A stretch of DNA of 39,603 nt from Actinobacteria bacterium UBA7398 (GCA_002470135.1 DKNC01000067.1:18836-58438), one strand, 5' to 3'. Shown: positions 8,674-18,247, numbered from the stretch's first letter. Notes: a model not told the origin generated them from the letters alone. Program-made: numbers and translations.

Positions 8674-9939
8674 ATGCGCAACAGAAAATCCCTCAAGGCG
8701 TTAGCAGTTTCGCTAGCACTTGCAGTGAGCTTTGGTGTTTCGTTAACACCAGTGCACGCAGCAAGCACAGAAATTTTGGTTTGGGCCGATGAATCTCGTG
8801 GACCAAACTTAACTAAAGTAATTGCAGCAAAAAGCGATTGGGTTGCTGGATATAAAGTTGTTATCCGCACATTCTCAAGCTTCGATGCACTTAAGGCCGC
8901 TGTAGATGCTGCCACAGATCTAACTGGACCAGACATTATTGTTGGTGCAAATGACTGGGTACCAACCGGCGCAAAGAGCGGAAAACTTGCTCCAATTACA
9001 TTGACTGCTGCTGTTAAAGCACAATTCAATGCATCACAATTCTTCGATCTTTCCTATAAAGGAAAGCTTTATGGAATTCCACTAGATATTAATAACGTAG
9101 CGATGATCTACAACACCAAACTGGTGACAACTAAGCCAGCATCATTCGGCGACATGGTTACTTACTACAAGACAAATAAAGTTGCTAAGGGTCTAAAAGC
9201 CGGACTCTGTGTTGCTGGTGGCGGTATGTCATGGGGCGCGCATCAAGTATTTTCAGCGCTTGGTGCTGATGCATACATGATGAAGAAAGACGGCACTGTA
9301 AATTACGGGCAATCTTTCAACCCATCAGTATTTGGAAACAATGTAAAAACTTATTTACTTGATAGCAATATGAAGAGCAATGGTTTCTTCCCAGCAACAG
9401 ATACTGGATGTAAAGATAACTTCCTAGCCGGAACCGTTCCATTTGCTGTTATCGGTAACTGGGAATGGGCGGATTATGTTGCTAAAGGATTCACAATGAA
9501 CTTAATGCCAGTCCCAGGCGCAACTGCTGGAACTTACGGCAAGATGTTCGGTAGCGTGAGCGGCGCACTTCTTACTAGCTATGCGGCAAAGCACGGCACA
9601 GAAGCAGCAGCAAAGTCACTTCTTGTGAACTTCTTTGCATCAACAGCTGGCCAAGTCGCTTACCAAACTTATGAAAAGCGCCCACCTGCAGAAAAGGGTG
9701 CACAATCAAGCACAATTGTCACTGATGCTCAAAAGGGCTTCGGATCCGCAGCTTCACTTGCTGGTATTCCACAAATCGGTGCTTTCCTTAATAACAATAA
9801 GGGCGGTGCAAGCTATTGGGATTCAGCTCCAGCATATTGGACTGCAGTTCTAGTTGATGGAAAAGATCCAATTAAAGAAGCTCGTAAACTAGCTGCAATC
9901 TGGAAGACAAACGTAATTTCTGGCCAAGCAGATCTTTAA
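8674..9939 (+). CDS. Sugar (maltose/maltodextrin-like) ABC transporter substrate-binding protein
   Basis: ATG at 8674 is preceded by AGGAGA. Signal peptide MRNRKSLKALAVSLALAVSFGVSLTPVHA. Family-1 SBP-like body. Followed by MalF- and MalG-like permeases and a GH13 enzyme. Confidence 0.85.
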   Translation: MRNRKSLKALAVSLALAVSFGVSLTPVHAASTEILVWADESRGPNLTKVIAAKSDWVAGYKVVIRTFSSFDALKAAVDAATDLTGPDIIVGANDWVPTGAKSGKLAPITLTAAVKAQFNASQFFDLSYKGKLYGIPLDINNVAMIYNTKLVTTKPASFGDMVTYYKTNKVAKGLKAGLCVAGGGMSWGAHQVFSALGADAYMMKKDGTVNYGQSFNPSVFGNNVKTYLLDSNMKSNGFFPATDTGCKDNFLAGTVPFAVIGNWEWADYVAKGFTMNLMPVPGATAGTYGKMFGSVSGALLTSYAAKHGTEAAAKSLLVNFFASTAGQVAYQTYEKRPPAEKGAQSSTIVTDAQKGFGSAASLAGIPQIGAFLNNNKGGASYWDSAPAYWTAVLVDGKDPIKEARKLAAIWKTNVISGQADL

Positions 9940-9974
9940 TAGGTCGCTAAGTTAGAAGTTAAGTAAGTTGATTA

Positions 9975-10008
9975 GAGAGTATGGGCGGGGATTCCCCGCC
10001 CATACTCT
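9975..10008 (+). terminator. Strong GC-rich hairpin with a T-rich tail, between the SBP and permease genes (intrinsic terminator or attenuator)
   Basis: GAGAGTATGGGCGGGG-att-CCCCGCCCATACTCTT forms about 16 consecutive base pairs and is followed by TCTTATT. It is the only strong terminator-like structure I found in the window. Confidence 0.8.
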
Positions 10009-10052
10009 TTCTTATTAAACCTAAATTTTAATTAAGGTGGAATCAAAAAGCG

Positions 10053-11594
10053 ATGGTTGCCTTCTTTCGAGGTAAATTAGCCTTTGCTTTTAAGGCCGTA
10101 TTATTAGCTGGAATCTCTGCGCTACTAGTTTTATTGCTGATAAGTGCCTTAGGTCAAAAACAATATGCCATCGGAATATTTTTAATACTAGTCGTAATTG
10201 GACTAAACTTTACTTACTTAACTAAAGTTTCAATTCCACTTAAATTCTTTTACCCAGGGTTAATTTTCCTACTTGGATTTGTGGTTGCGCCAATTGTTTT
10301 TACTTTGACAATGTCTACTTATAATTATAAAACTGGAAATTATATCGGCAAAACTGAAGCTATAACCCAGATTCAAAAATTAGCAATCGAACCTGACGCA
10401 AGTGGTTCGACATTCGACATAATTGTAGGCAAATACAACGGTACAGAATCTGCCATCTTGGCCTCCGACACCGTAAAAAAACAATATTTTATTTCAACTT
10501 ATGACAAGAGAATAGATTTAAATGTTACTGATATAAAAGTAAATGAGTATCAAGTCGCTACGGAAGCTTCTAATTTTAAAGCTTTAGCTGATGCCGAATT
10601 AGCTGGCGCCGATAAATTGCTTTCTACAAGCAGGTTCTTCTACACCTCGGAATTTTTTATAGCCTTAGAAGGGTTTGACGTTGGCGCGCTTTATCGCCAA
10701 AAATTGAATTTCTTAGCTAATCAAGACGCGTTTCAAAACATCGCTACTGGTGCAATTTATAAAGATAACGGTAAAGGTAATTACGCAAATGTAGATGTTC
10801 CTGGTGAAATCTTAGAACCCGGCTGGCGTGCGCCGGTTTGGTTTGAAAATTACAGCAAACTATTTCTAGATCCAAAAGTGCGGGAACCACTTATTCGAGT
10901 TTTCATCTGGACTGTAGTTTTTGCAGTATCAAGTGTTTTAACTTCTTTCGCATTTGGTCTATTGCTGGCGCTTGCACTTAATAAGCCGATACGAGGCCGA
11001 CGGATTTATCGTTCAATTTTGATTTTGCCTTATGCAATGCCAAGCGTTATGAGTATTTTGATTTGGGGCGGTATGTTTAATACCGAGTTTGGTGCCATCA
11101 ATCAATTACTTGGTACGGATATTGCTTGGTTTCAAAGCGTAACTTTTGCAAGAGTTGCAGTAATTGTGGTAAATCTCTGGCTGGGATTTCCATATTTTTA
11201 TTTAGTTTCTAGCGGTGCGTTGCAAGCCATTCCATCGGAGTTAAACGAAGCGGCCGCAATCGATGGCGCATCCCCGCGCCAAATTTTTTCAAAGATTACC
11301 TTGCCGCTTTTACTTAGAATTCTTTCGCCGCTTTTGATCGCATCTTTTGCCTTTAATTTCAATAACTTTAATCTAATTTATCTATTAACCGGTGGTGGCC
11401 CTAAGAGCACTCTGGATGGCGATATCGCTGGCGCTACCGATATTTTAATTAGCTATACCTATCAAATTGCATTTGGTTCGTTTACCCAAGATCTTGGTCT
11501 AGCCAGTGCAATCTCGGTCGTAATCTTCTTGTTGGTGGCATCAATTTCACTTTACGGAATTCGTAAATCTAAAGTGTTAGAGAGTTTTGTATGA
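10053..11594 (+). CDS. Sugar ABC transporter permease, MalF-like with a large extracytoplasmic loop
   Basis: 513 aa. Contains the EAA loop SELNEAAAIDGASPRQIFSKITLPLL. A ~170-aa hydrophilic insert lies between early TM segments, like the MalF P2 loop. Confidence 0.9.
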   Translation: MVAFFRGKLAFAFKAVLLAGISALLVLLLISALGQKQYAIGIFLILVVIGLNFTYLTKVSIPLKFFYPGLIFLLGFVVAPIVFTLTMSTYNYKTGNYIGKTEAITQIQKLAIEPDASGSTFDIIVGKYNGTESAILASDTVKKQYFISTYDKRIDLNVTDIKVNEYQVATEASNFKALADAELAGADKLLSTSRFFYTSEFFIALEGFDVGALYRQKLNFLANQDAFQNIATGAIYKDNGKGNYANVDVPGEILEPGWRAPVWFENYSKLFLDPKVREPLIRVFIWTVVFAVSSVLTSFAFGLLLALALNKPIRGRRIYRSILILPYAMPSVMSILIWGGMFNTEFGAINQLLGTDIAWFQSVTFARVAVIVVNLWLGFPYFYLVSSGALQAIPSELNEAAAIDGASPRQIFSKITLPLLLRILSPLLIASFAFNFNNFNLIYLLTGGGPKSTLDGDIAGATDILISYTYQIAFGSFTQDLGLASAISVVIFLLVASISLYGIRKSKVLESFV

Positions 11595-12442
11595 TGAAGT
11601 GGCTACGCGAGAATTTATGGCGCCATGTTGTTGGTATTTTTATGGTTCTCTTTGCCATTTTTCCGCTTTATTTAGTAGTTATTTCTTCAATAAACCCAAG
11701 CGGAAGCCTGCAAGTAACTTCTTTTATTCCTAGAGAGTTCTCTTGGAAGAACTATCAGATGCTTTTTAATGATCCGACGATTCCTTACCTAACTTGGATG
11801 AAGAACTCTCTCGTTATCTCAGTATCTGTTGCGCTTTTATCAGTGGTCATAAGCGCTTCTTCTGCCTTTGCTTTTAGTCGATTGAAATTTAAAGGTAAGA
11901 AATCTGGAATTCAATTATTACTTTTGATCCAAATGTTCCCAGCGATTTTAGCGTTATCTGCAGTTTATGTGATCATGGAACGGGTGGCGGTATTTGCACC
12001 ACACTTCGGGTTAGGAACCCAACCGGGCTTACTATTGGTATATCTCGGCGGTGCGATGGGTGTAAATATCTGGTTATTAAAAGGTTTTGTTGATTCCATC
12101 CCGGCTGAACTAGATGAAGCTGCAAAAATTGATGGCGCAAGTGCAATGCAAACATACTGGTTGATTTTTGTACCGTTGGCTGCGCCAGTTCTTGCGGTAG
12201 TTTCACTCTTAAGTTTTATTGGAACGTTTAACGAATTCATTTTAGCTCGACTCTTCTTGGTGGATATGGGTAGTAGAACTATCGCTGTTGGTCTTCAAGG
12301 ATTTATCGGCGGTCAATACTCACAGAATTGGGGTCCGTTCGCTGCCGGATCTCTAATCGCATCAGTTCCAATTGTCATTATTTTCTTATCGTTACAAAAA
12401 TACATCATTAGTGGTTTAACTGCAGGATCTGTAAAAGGATGA
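11591..12442 (+). CDS. Sugar ABC transporter permease, MalG-like
   Basis: 283 aa. Contains the EAA loop AELDEAAKIDGASAMQTYWLIFVPLA. ATGA start/stop overlap with the upstream permease. Confidence 0.9.
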   Translation: MMKWLRENLWRHVVGIFMVLFAIFPLYLVVISSINPSGSLQVTSFIPREFSWKNYQMLFNDPTIPYLTWMKNSLVISVSVALLSVVISASSAFAFSRLKFKGKKSGIQLLLLIQMFPAILALSAVYVIMERVAVFAPHFGLGTQPGLLLVYLGGAMGVNIWLLKGFVDSIPAELDEAAKIDGASAMQTYWLIFVPLAAPVLAVVSLLSFIGTFNEFILARLFLVDMGSRTIAVGLQGFIGGQYSQNWGPFAAGSLIASVPIVIIFLSLQKYIISGLTAGSVKG

Positions 12443-14529
12443 TAAGAAAGAGTTTTATTGTTTCACTGATTGTAACTATTTTTATGGGGTTATCAATTTC
12501 GAATACTCCAGCAGCAACAGATTTGGGTTTAAATCGTGATTTTAAAACTGAAATGATTTATTTTGCGATGATTGATCGTTTTTCAAATGGCAATAGCAAA
12601 AACGACCTTGGCGGATATAAAGATGTTAGAACTAGCTCCGGATATGACCCTTACGACACTGCTTTTTACCATGGCGGGGATATTCAGGGCTTGAGCGATA
12701 AATTGGAATATATAAAATCATTAGGTTTCACTGCGCTTTGGATAACCCCAGTTTTCCGAAATATCCCAGTCGGTGTGGATGGGAAAAGCGCCGCCTATCA
12801 TGGTTATGCAATTGCAGGATTCGATCAAATTGATTCGCATCTAGGAACCATGGCAGAGTTCAAAGCATTTGTAGCGAAAGCGCATTTACTTGGTTTAAAA
12901 GTAGTTTTAGATATTGTAACTAATCACACTGCAGATGTAATTAGTTACAAAGAGAATTATGATTATCTCTACTTATCTGAAAAACCTTACAAAACTTCAA
13001 ACGGTAAAGTATTTGATATTGTGAAATTAGCTGGGACCTCTAAATTTCCGACTGCTAGCCAATTAAGTGCAAAAACCAGTTTCCCAAAAACCGCCGTGGT
13101 AAGTAAAGCAATGGCAAATATTAAGAGCCCAGCTTGGTTAAATGATGTTCGGCTATATCACAATCGCGGTAAATCAACATTCCAAGGTGAGTCTGGTCGA
13201 TTTGGTGATTTTTATGGGTTCGACGACATCATGACGGAATCGCCACAAGTTGTAAAAGGATTTATTGATATTTATTCTAAATGGATTTCGAGTACTGGAG
13301 TAGATGGTTTCCGAATCGATACTGCGCGCCATGTTAATGAAGCTTTTTGGCAAGCATTTATTCCAAGCATAAAAGCGCAAGCGCTTGCTAGCGGCAAGCA
13401 AGATTTCCCAATGTGGGGTGAAGTTTATGATTCGAGCCCTGAAACTTTGGAGTATTGGGCAAGATACGGTGGATTTACCGAGTTATTAGATTTCCCAGTG
13501 CAGGATCGAATGTTGAAGTTCATTACTTCAGGCGCTGCAAATCAGTTAGCTACTTTGTTAAATTCAGACGATCAATACTCAACCGCCACCGTTGATCCAA
13601 GAAATTTTGGAATTTTCTTAGGCAATCACGACATGGGGCGAATTGGTGGCTTTATCGGTGGAAATGTGAATTCAGAGTCAGCGTTATTGCGCGATCAAAT
13701 GGCACATGCACTGCTCTTCACTATGCGTGGCGTTCCGATTGTTTATTACGGTGATGAATTTGGCCTAATGGGGGATAGCGATAAAGAAGCTCGTCAAGAT
13801 TTATTCGTAACTTTGGTAGATCGATGGCGTAAACAACAGCGAATTGGTGGCGAACCAATTGGAATGGGTAAGAGCAGTTTTGATACAACTAATCCACTCC
13901 AACAAACGATCCGAGAGCTGACAAAGCTGCACGCTTCCTCAAGCGCTTTCTCAGCAGGCGCAATAAAAATTAGAATTGCCGAGAATGGCCTCTTGGTTTT
14001 TAGTCGCTTTGATTTAGATACCGGCAAAGAATATTTAATGACATTTAATAGTTCTGATGCAGCGCTTATCGGAAGTTTTGATTCTGATTTTCTTTCAAAT
14101 AAGTGGGAGAAAATACTTGGCGATGGCACAGTTTCGACGACTGCAAAATCAATGAAAATTACCGTACCTGCTTATGGTTGGGGCGTATTTCTTTCAGAAA
14201 TGATAAAAAGTGCAGTTACGCCTGAAGTCAGAATGAATAAGCCAACGCGGAATCCAATGTTGCGAGACCGCTTTAATTTAGAAGCAACGATTGCCCGGGC
14301 TGATATTGCAGAAGTCCAATTTCAATATAAAGACGGAGCAACTTGGAAAAGTTTAGGTACGGACACTTCCCCGACCTTTAAGAGCGAGATCGATACCGCC
14401 GGACTTTATCGAGTCTTCCCGCTAATTTCTGATATCAAATGGTCAACCAATACTGAGTTTAGAGCAGTAGCTTTCTTTGCAGGTGGAGTTGAAACTAAAT
14501 CTGAAACTTTCTTATTTGCTAAGCCATAG
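12439..14529 (+). CDS. Secreted GH13 alpha-amylase-family glycosidase
   Basis: N-terminal signal-like segment. All four GH13 regions are present: VLDIVTNHT, DGFRIDTARHV, MWGEVYD, FLGNHDMGR. A further ~230 aa follows region IV, covering the usual GH13 C-domain position plus an extra C-terminal stretch. ATGA overlap with the MalG-like stop. Confidence 0.9.
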   Translation: MIRKSFIVSLIVTIFMGLSISNTPAATDLGLNRDFKTEMIYFAMIDRFSNGNSKNDLGGYKDVRTSSGYDPYDTAFYHGGDIQGLSDKLEYIKSLGFTALWITPVFRNIPVGVDGKSAAYHGYAIAGFDQIDSHLGTMAEFKAFVAKAHLLGLKVVLDIVTNHTADVISYKENYDYLYLSEKPYKTSNGKVFDIVKLAGTSKFPTASQLSAKTSFPKTAVVSKAMANIKSPAWLNDVRLYHNRGKSTFQGESGRFGDFYGFDDIMTESPQVVKGFIDIYSKWISSTGVDGFRIDTARHVNEAFWQAFIPSIKAQALASGKQDFPMWGEVYDSSPETLEYWARYGGFTELLDFPVQDRMLKFITSGAANQLATLLNSDDQYSTATVDPRNFGIFLGNHDMGRIGGFIGGNVNSESALLRDQMAHALLFTMRGVPIVYYGDEFGLMGDSDKEARQDLFVTLVDRWRKQQRIGGEPIGMGKSSFDTTNPLQQTIRELTKLHASSSAFSAGAIKIRIAENGLLVFSRFDLDTGKEYLMTFNSSDAALIGSFDSDFLSNKWEKILGDGTVSTTAKSMKITVPAYGWGVFLSEMIKSAVTPEVRMNKPTRNPMLRDRFNLEATIARADIAEVQFQYKDGATWKSLGTDTSPTFKSEIDTAGLYRVFPLISDIKWSTNTEFRAVAFFAGGVETKSETFLFAKP

Positions 14530-15336
14530 TTTTAATGCAGTTGGTAGATATTTAGCCCAAGCTTTCTCGTTATGTCCAGTTCTCTCATAAACTTTGCTTT
14601 CAAAGTCACGATGTAAGTGATAGCCATTCTTAAGCATTAGTTCATCAGCCAAATCCTGAAATGGCTTATATTCTCGATCTAAACCTTTTGTACCTCGGCT
14701 CATCCAAATTTTATGATTACCCGGCTTGGGAAGTGCATTGATTAGCGATTCAACCAATGGCTTTCCACCAATACTCCAATGCGGTGAAAATGCCAGAGCG
14801 GTCCGATAAAGATCGGGTCTTCGAGCAACGCCATTAAGTGTTGCTAACCCACCCATGCTAGATCCAATCATTGCGGTATTTACCGGGTTAGCTTGAAAAT
14901 TAAATTCAGCTGAAATTGCAGGAATGATTTGATCAGCAATTAAATCTAAGTATGCATTCCCATTTAGTTTCTCTAATGGAATTTTAACTTTGGTTGAAGG
15001 AGTTACCTCTATGCCAGATTGGAATATATCTTGTGGCGAGAGATCTAAAGCCCGACCCCATGGTTCTTTCTTTGTGCCGCTATGAAATACTGCAATGATC
15101 AATGGGGGCGTGATTCCTAAATCTTCCGAAACTCGAATGGCTGATTGCGCCATCTCCCAAGTCTTATTCTTATGCGTTGAAGTATGGCCATCGAAAACAT
15201 TATGACCATCGTGCGCAACCAATAAATAATTGGTAGCTTTTTCCGGAGCCCAATAATCGACAGTTCGATCTTCAATGATAACTCGGGTGACCCATCCCGG
15301 AACGCCTCGGATTTGGAAGCGCTTTATTCTCTCCAT
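14512..15336 (-). CDS. Alpha/beta-hydrolase, putative esterase family
   Basis: Start placed at the ATG at 15336 (MERIKRFQ...). The longer track ORF would overlap the photolyase gene. Nucleophile-elbow-like IGSSMGG. The 3' end overlaps the amylase gene by 18 nt in convergent orientation. Confidence 0.75.
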   Translation of the reverse strand: MERIKRFQIRGVPGWVTRVIIEDRTVDYWAPEKATNYLLVAHDGHNVFDGHTSTHKNKTWEMAQSAIRVSEDLGITPPLIIAVFHSGTKKEPWGRALDLSPQDIFQSGIEVTPSTKVKIPLEKLNGNAYLDLIADQIIPAISAEFNFQANPVNTAMIGSSMGGLATLNGVARRPDLYRTALAFSPHWSIGGKPLVESLINALPKPGNHKIWMSRGTKGLDREYKPFQDLADELMLKNGYHLHRDFESKVYERTGHNEKAWAKYLPTALKLWLSK

Positions 15337-15353
15337 GATGGTTGAATCATGCC

Positions 15354-16703
15354 ATGATTTCAAGGGCAATTTTCTGGTTCCGTCGTGACCTTCGGCTCTC
15401 CGATAACCCAGCCCTACTTGAAGCAATCGCAAATAGCGATGAGGTAGTTCCAATTTTTATTTTAGATGCCAAGTTAATTGGAACTAGCGGCAGTAAACGA
15501 CTTGCTTACCTTGGCCAATCATTACGCGCGTTAGATGAATCTCTAGATAATAAATTACATGTAATGGTTGGTGATCAAGTCGAAGTATTAAAAGATTTAG
15601 CCAAAAGGTATAACGCGGCGGAAGTACATGTATCAGCAGAATTTGAACCATATGGCGTTGCGCGTGATGCTCGGATTGAAAGCGCTGGAATTAAATTAAT
15701 TAGAACTGGAAGTCCATATGCAGTTGCGCCTGGTCGAGTTAGAAAACCTAGTGATGGCACGCCATACCGAGTTTATACGCCATTTTTTAACGCTTGGTGT
15801 GGCCATGGTTGGCGCGCGCCAGTCTCCGCCCCAAAAGAAATTGGTGCAGCAACACCTTCTAAGCAAGATCGCAATTTTCCGGATTGGCCAATTCCAGATG
15901 GAACGCAATTAACGCCAGCGGGAGAACGTGCTGCGCATATTAGGTGGAAATTCTTTAAAGAAAATATTTTAGATAATTACGATGAATCTCGTAATTTCTC
16001 TGGAATTGATGGCACCAGCAAATTAAGTGCACATTTAAAGTGGGGAGAAATCCACCCCCGTACATTGTTAGCTGAACTTGGAGAAAGTAAAGCCCACCTA
16101 GTGTTCCGTAAAGAAATTGCTTGGCGCGAATTTTATGCGGACATTTTGCATCACAATCCACATACTGAAAGCGATTATTACGCACCACGCTTTGCAAATA
16201 TGCGTTACGACCAGCCTGGTACAAAATTCGTAGCTTGGTGTGAAGGTAAAACTGGATACCCGTTTGTTGACGCGGCTATGCGCCAGATAGTTAAGGAAGG
16301 CTGGATGCACAATCGCACCAGAATGGTGGTCGCATCATTTCTAGTTAAAGATTTACATCTAGAGTGGCAATTAGGTGAGCGATTTTTCCGTGAACATTTA
16401 GTTGATTATGACGTTGCTTCAAACTCGCATGGCTGGCAATGGACCGCTGGTTGTGGCACAGATGCCTCGCCTTACTATCGCGTATTCAATCCAATCGAGC
16501 AGGGAAAGCGCTTTGACGCTGAAGGTGAATACATAAAAAAGTATGTCCCAGAACTTTCGCATCTAACCGCAGCAGAGATTCATGAACCTTGGCTAGCCGT
16601 AGCTGGTTATAAAAACTATTACCCAAAAAGAATTGTGGATCACGCGTTAGAGCGCTTGGAATCGCTAGCCCGGCTTGAGGAAATTAAACCGAGCCAGCAA
16701 TAA
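15354..16703 (+). CDS. phr: Deoxyribodipyrimidine photolyase (class I CPD type)
   Basis: N-terminal IFWFRRDLRLSDNPAL, then WREFY, TGYPFVDAAMRQ, WMHNRTRMVVASFL and DYDVASNSHGWQW. The start is ATG at 15354 (or TTG at 15342). Confidence 0.92.
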   Translation: MISRAIFWFRRDLRLSDNPALLEAIANSDEVVPIFILDAKLIGTSGSKRLAYLGQSLRALDESLDNKLHVMVGDQVEVLKDLAKRYNAAEVHVSAEFEPYGVARDARIESAGIKLIRTGSPYAVAPGRVRKPSDGTPYRVYTPFFNAWCGHGWRAPVSAPKEIGAATPSKQDRNFPDWPIPDGTQLTPAGERAAHIRWKFFKENILDNYDESRNFSGIDGTSKLSAHLKWGEIHPRTLLAELGESKAHLVFRKEIAWREFYADILHHNPHTESDYYAPRFANMRYDQPGTKFVAWCEGKTGYPFVDAAMRQIVKEGWMHNRTRMVVASFLVKDLHLEWQLGERFFREHLVDYDVASNSHGWQWTAGCGTDASPYYRVFNPIEQGKRFDAEGEYIKKYVPELSHLTAAEIHEPWLAVAGYKNYYPKRIVDHALERLESLARLEEIKPSQQ

Positions 16704-16723
16704 CCAATATTTAAAGTAAATTC

Positions 16724-18157
16724 TTAAACTAAGAAGTTAGTGAATTGCCAAGGATCTGACGTATTGTATTTACGGTTATTCCATCCCGCATAAAGATCAT
16801 TACGAGTTTGCAACGGATCCCAATCAGCTGCTTCGGAATAAAATCCACCCCAATATTTTTCAGCGTAAGGTAAAACTTCACGCCAAGGCATATCGTCTGG
16901 GACTAATAGCCCTTTGTTTGGATTTGCCATTACCCAAGCAACAGCTGCAAATACTGCAGATCCAACTTGAACTGTGGTCGCAGATTGGTTTGGTACCAAT
17001 TTGCGAGAATCGTGAATATTTAATAGCGAACCGGTCCACCAAGATTTATAAGCATGTCCCATCAACAAAACACCAAGTCGATCTTCACCATCAGTAATTT
17101 CATCATTCATAATTCTTTGATTTGGCGTTAGATCCCATTGACGCATCTCTAACTCGCGCATCGAGACGATGGCTTCATTAGATGGGCAATATGCGTAGTG
17201 CACGGTTGGACGATAAATAGCGGTTTCGCCCTGCCATACAGTTAGATGATCTGAAAGTGTAAATGCTTCACCGTGTCGAACCACCATTCCAGTGGTTTCA
17301 CAATTTGGTACCCAAGAGCGTACCCATGTTGTTGCGCCAGGTTGGGCCATCAAAATCTGATTTTTTGGACCAGTTTTATGTTCATAAGCATTTGGTGGTA
17401 ATAGTTTTTCGTGAGTACCCCAACCTAATTCGGCTGGCGCAATCCCTTCTTCATAAAATCCTTCCACGCTCCAAGTATTAACAAACTCATTTAGTTGTTT
17501 TGGTTTATCAGTTACTTGGGTATCGCGCTCTGCAATATGAATTACTTTAATGCCAAGGTGTTGGGCTAGTTCGTTATATGCATCAGCTTCTAACGCTTTC
17601 TCCACTCCAGCATTGGCAATTCCATCTTTAATTGCTCTAGTTGCAATATCAACCATAGATTTCTTGACTAAGTGTGAAACTAAACCTGGATTTGCGCCAT
17701 GTTCTACTACAGCAGTCGCACCTAATTTTTTCCAAGTAGCTTTCATTTCACGAAGCTTCATATGTCGGTAATAAAGGGTGCGTTCGGCAGGTGGGCGAGA
17801 TGCTCCAGCAGAATATGGATCCCACTCTTCTACTGACGTATTCAAGTAGAGAACGCCGCGATCGTGACACCATTGCAAAATTACATTTGCATCAATATTC
17901 CAAGCAAGATCTAATAAGAAATCGCCTTCTTTTAGATATTGACTTAATTTTTGATCAATATTTTCTTTTGTGATTTGGTCCTGCACATAAGTTGCGCCTT
18001 TATCGAGCGCACTTTGAACTCTGGATCTATTGTCTCGTTGTTCAAAGATCGTAATCTGGTTCGCATCAACTAGATGCTCGATTAAAAGTGGAAGTACACA
18101 TTGTGAAACCGAACCTGCACCTAGAATCAAAACTCGATTAGTAAACTTCTGTGGCAA
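16724..18157 (-). CDS. hss: Homospermidine synthase
   Basis: 477 aa, the same length as the bacterial HSS I recall. Blocks IHIAERDTQ, FVNTWSVEGF, PAELGWGT, YRPTVHYAY and the C-terminal SDPWQFTNFLV match my memory of the Blastochloris viridis enzyme. TTG start with the strong SD GGGGAGGG 7 nt upstream. Confidence 0.88.
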   Translation of the reverse strand: MPQKFTNRVLILGAGSVSQCVLPLLIEHLVDANQITIFEQRDNRSRVQSALDKGATYVQDQITKENIDQKLSQYLKEGDFLLDLAWNIDANVILQWCHDRGVLYLNTSVEEWDPYSAGASRPPAERTLYYRHMKLREMKATWKKLGATAVVEHGANPGLVSHLVKKSMVDIATRAIKDGIANAGVEKALEADAYNELAQHLGIKVIHIAERDTQVTDKPKQLNEFVNTWSVEGFYEEGIAPAELGWGTHEKLLPPNAYEHKTGPKNQILMAQPGATTWVRSWVPNCETTGMVVRHGEAFTLSDHLTVWQGETAIYRPTVHYAYCPSNEAIVSMRELEMRQWDLTPNQRIMNDEITDGEDRLGVLLMGHAYKSWWTGSLLNIHDSRKLVPNQSATTVQVGSAVFAAVAWVMANPNKGLLVPDDMPWREVLPYAEKYWGGFYSEAADWDPLQTRNDLYAGWNNRKYNTSDPWQFTNFLV

Positions 18158-18182
18158 TTAGGACCCTCCCCATAAAGCGCTT

Positions 18183-18215
18183 GGTTTCTCGAGGTTCTCG
18201 AGCGGAGTGAGAACC
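18183..18215 (-). promoter_or_regulatory. Structured spacer between the GGDEF gene and hss, with alternative hairpins
   Basis: GGTTCTC-N9-GAGAACC (18193-18215) overlaps a tandem GTT(T)CTCGAG GTTCTCGAG, whose two palindromic CTCGAG units can pair with each other. No T-tract follows on the transcribed strand. Confidence 0.3.
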
Positions 18216-18247
18216 GTATCTAATGCTGGCGATAATTCAAAAGCGCG

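Noticed and set aside
15337-15453. Longer esterase ORF starting at 15453
   Set aside because: It would overlap the photolyase coding sequence by about 100 nt. The extra 39 residues are Arg/Leu/Gly-rich and not hydrolase-like. The internal ATG at 15336 gives a sensible N-terminus.
18158-18173. Possible 11-codon upstream ORF (ATGGGGAGGGTCCTAATTGCC...) overlapping the hss start, by analogy with polyamine-responsive leader peptides
   Set aside because: It has no SD of its own. Its first codons are the G-rich sequence that is better explained as the SD for the in-frame TTG start of hss.
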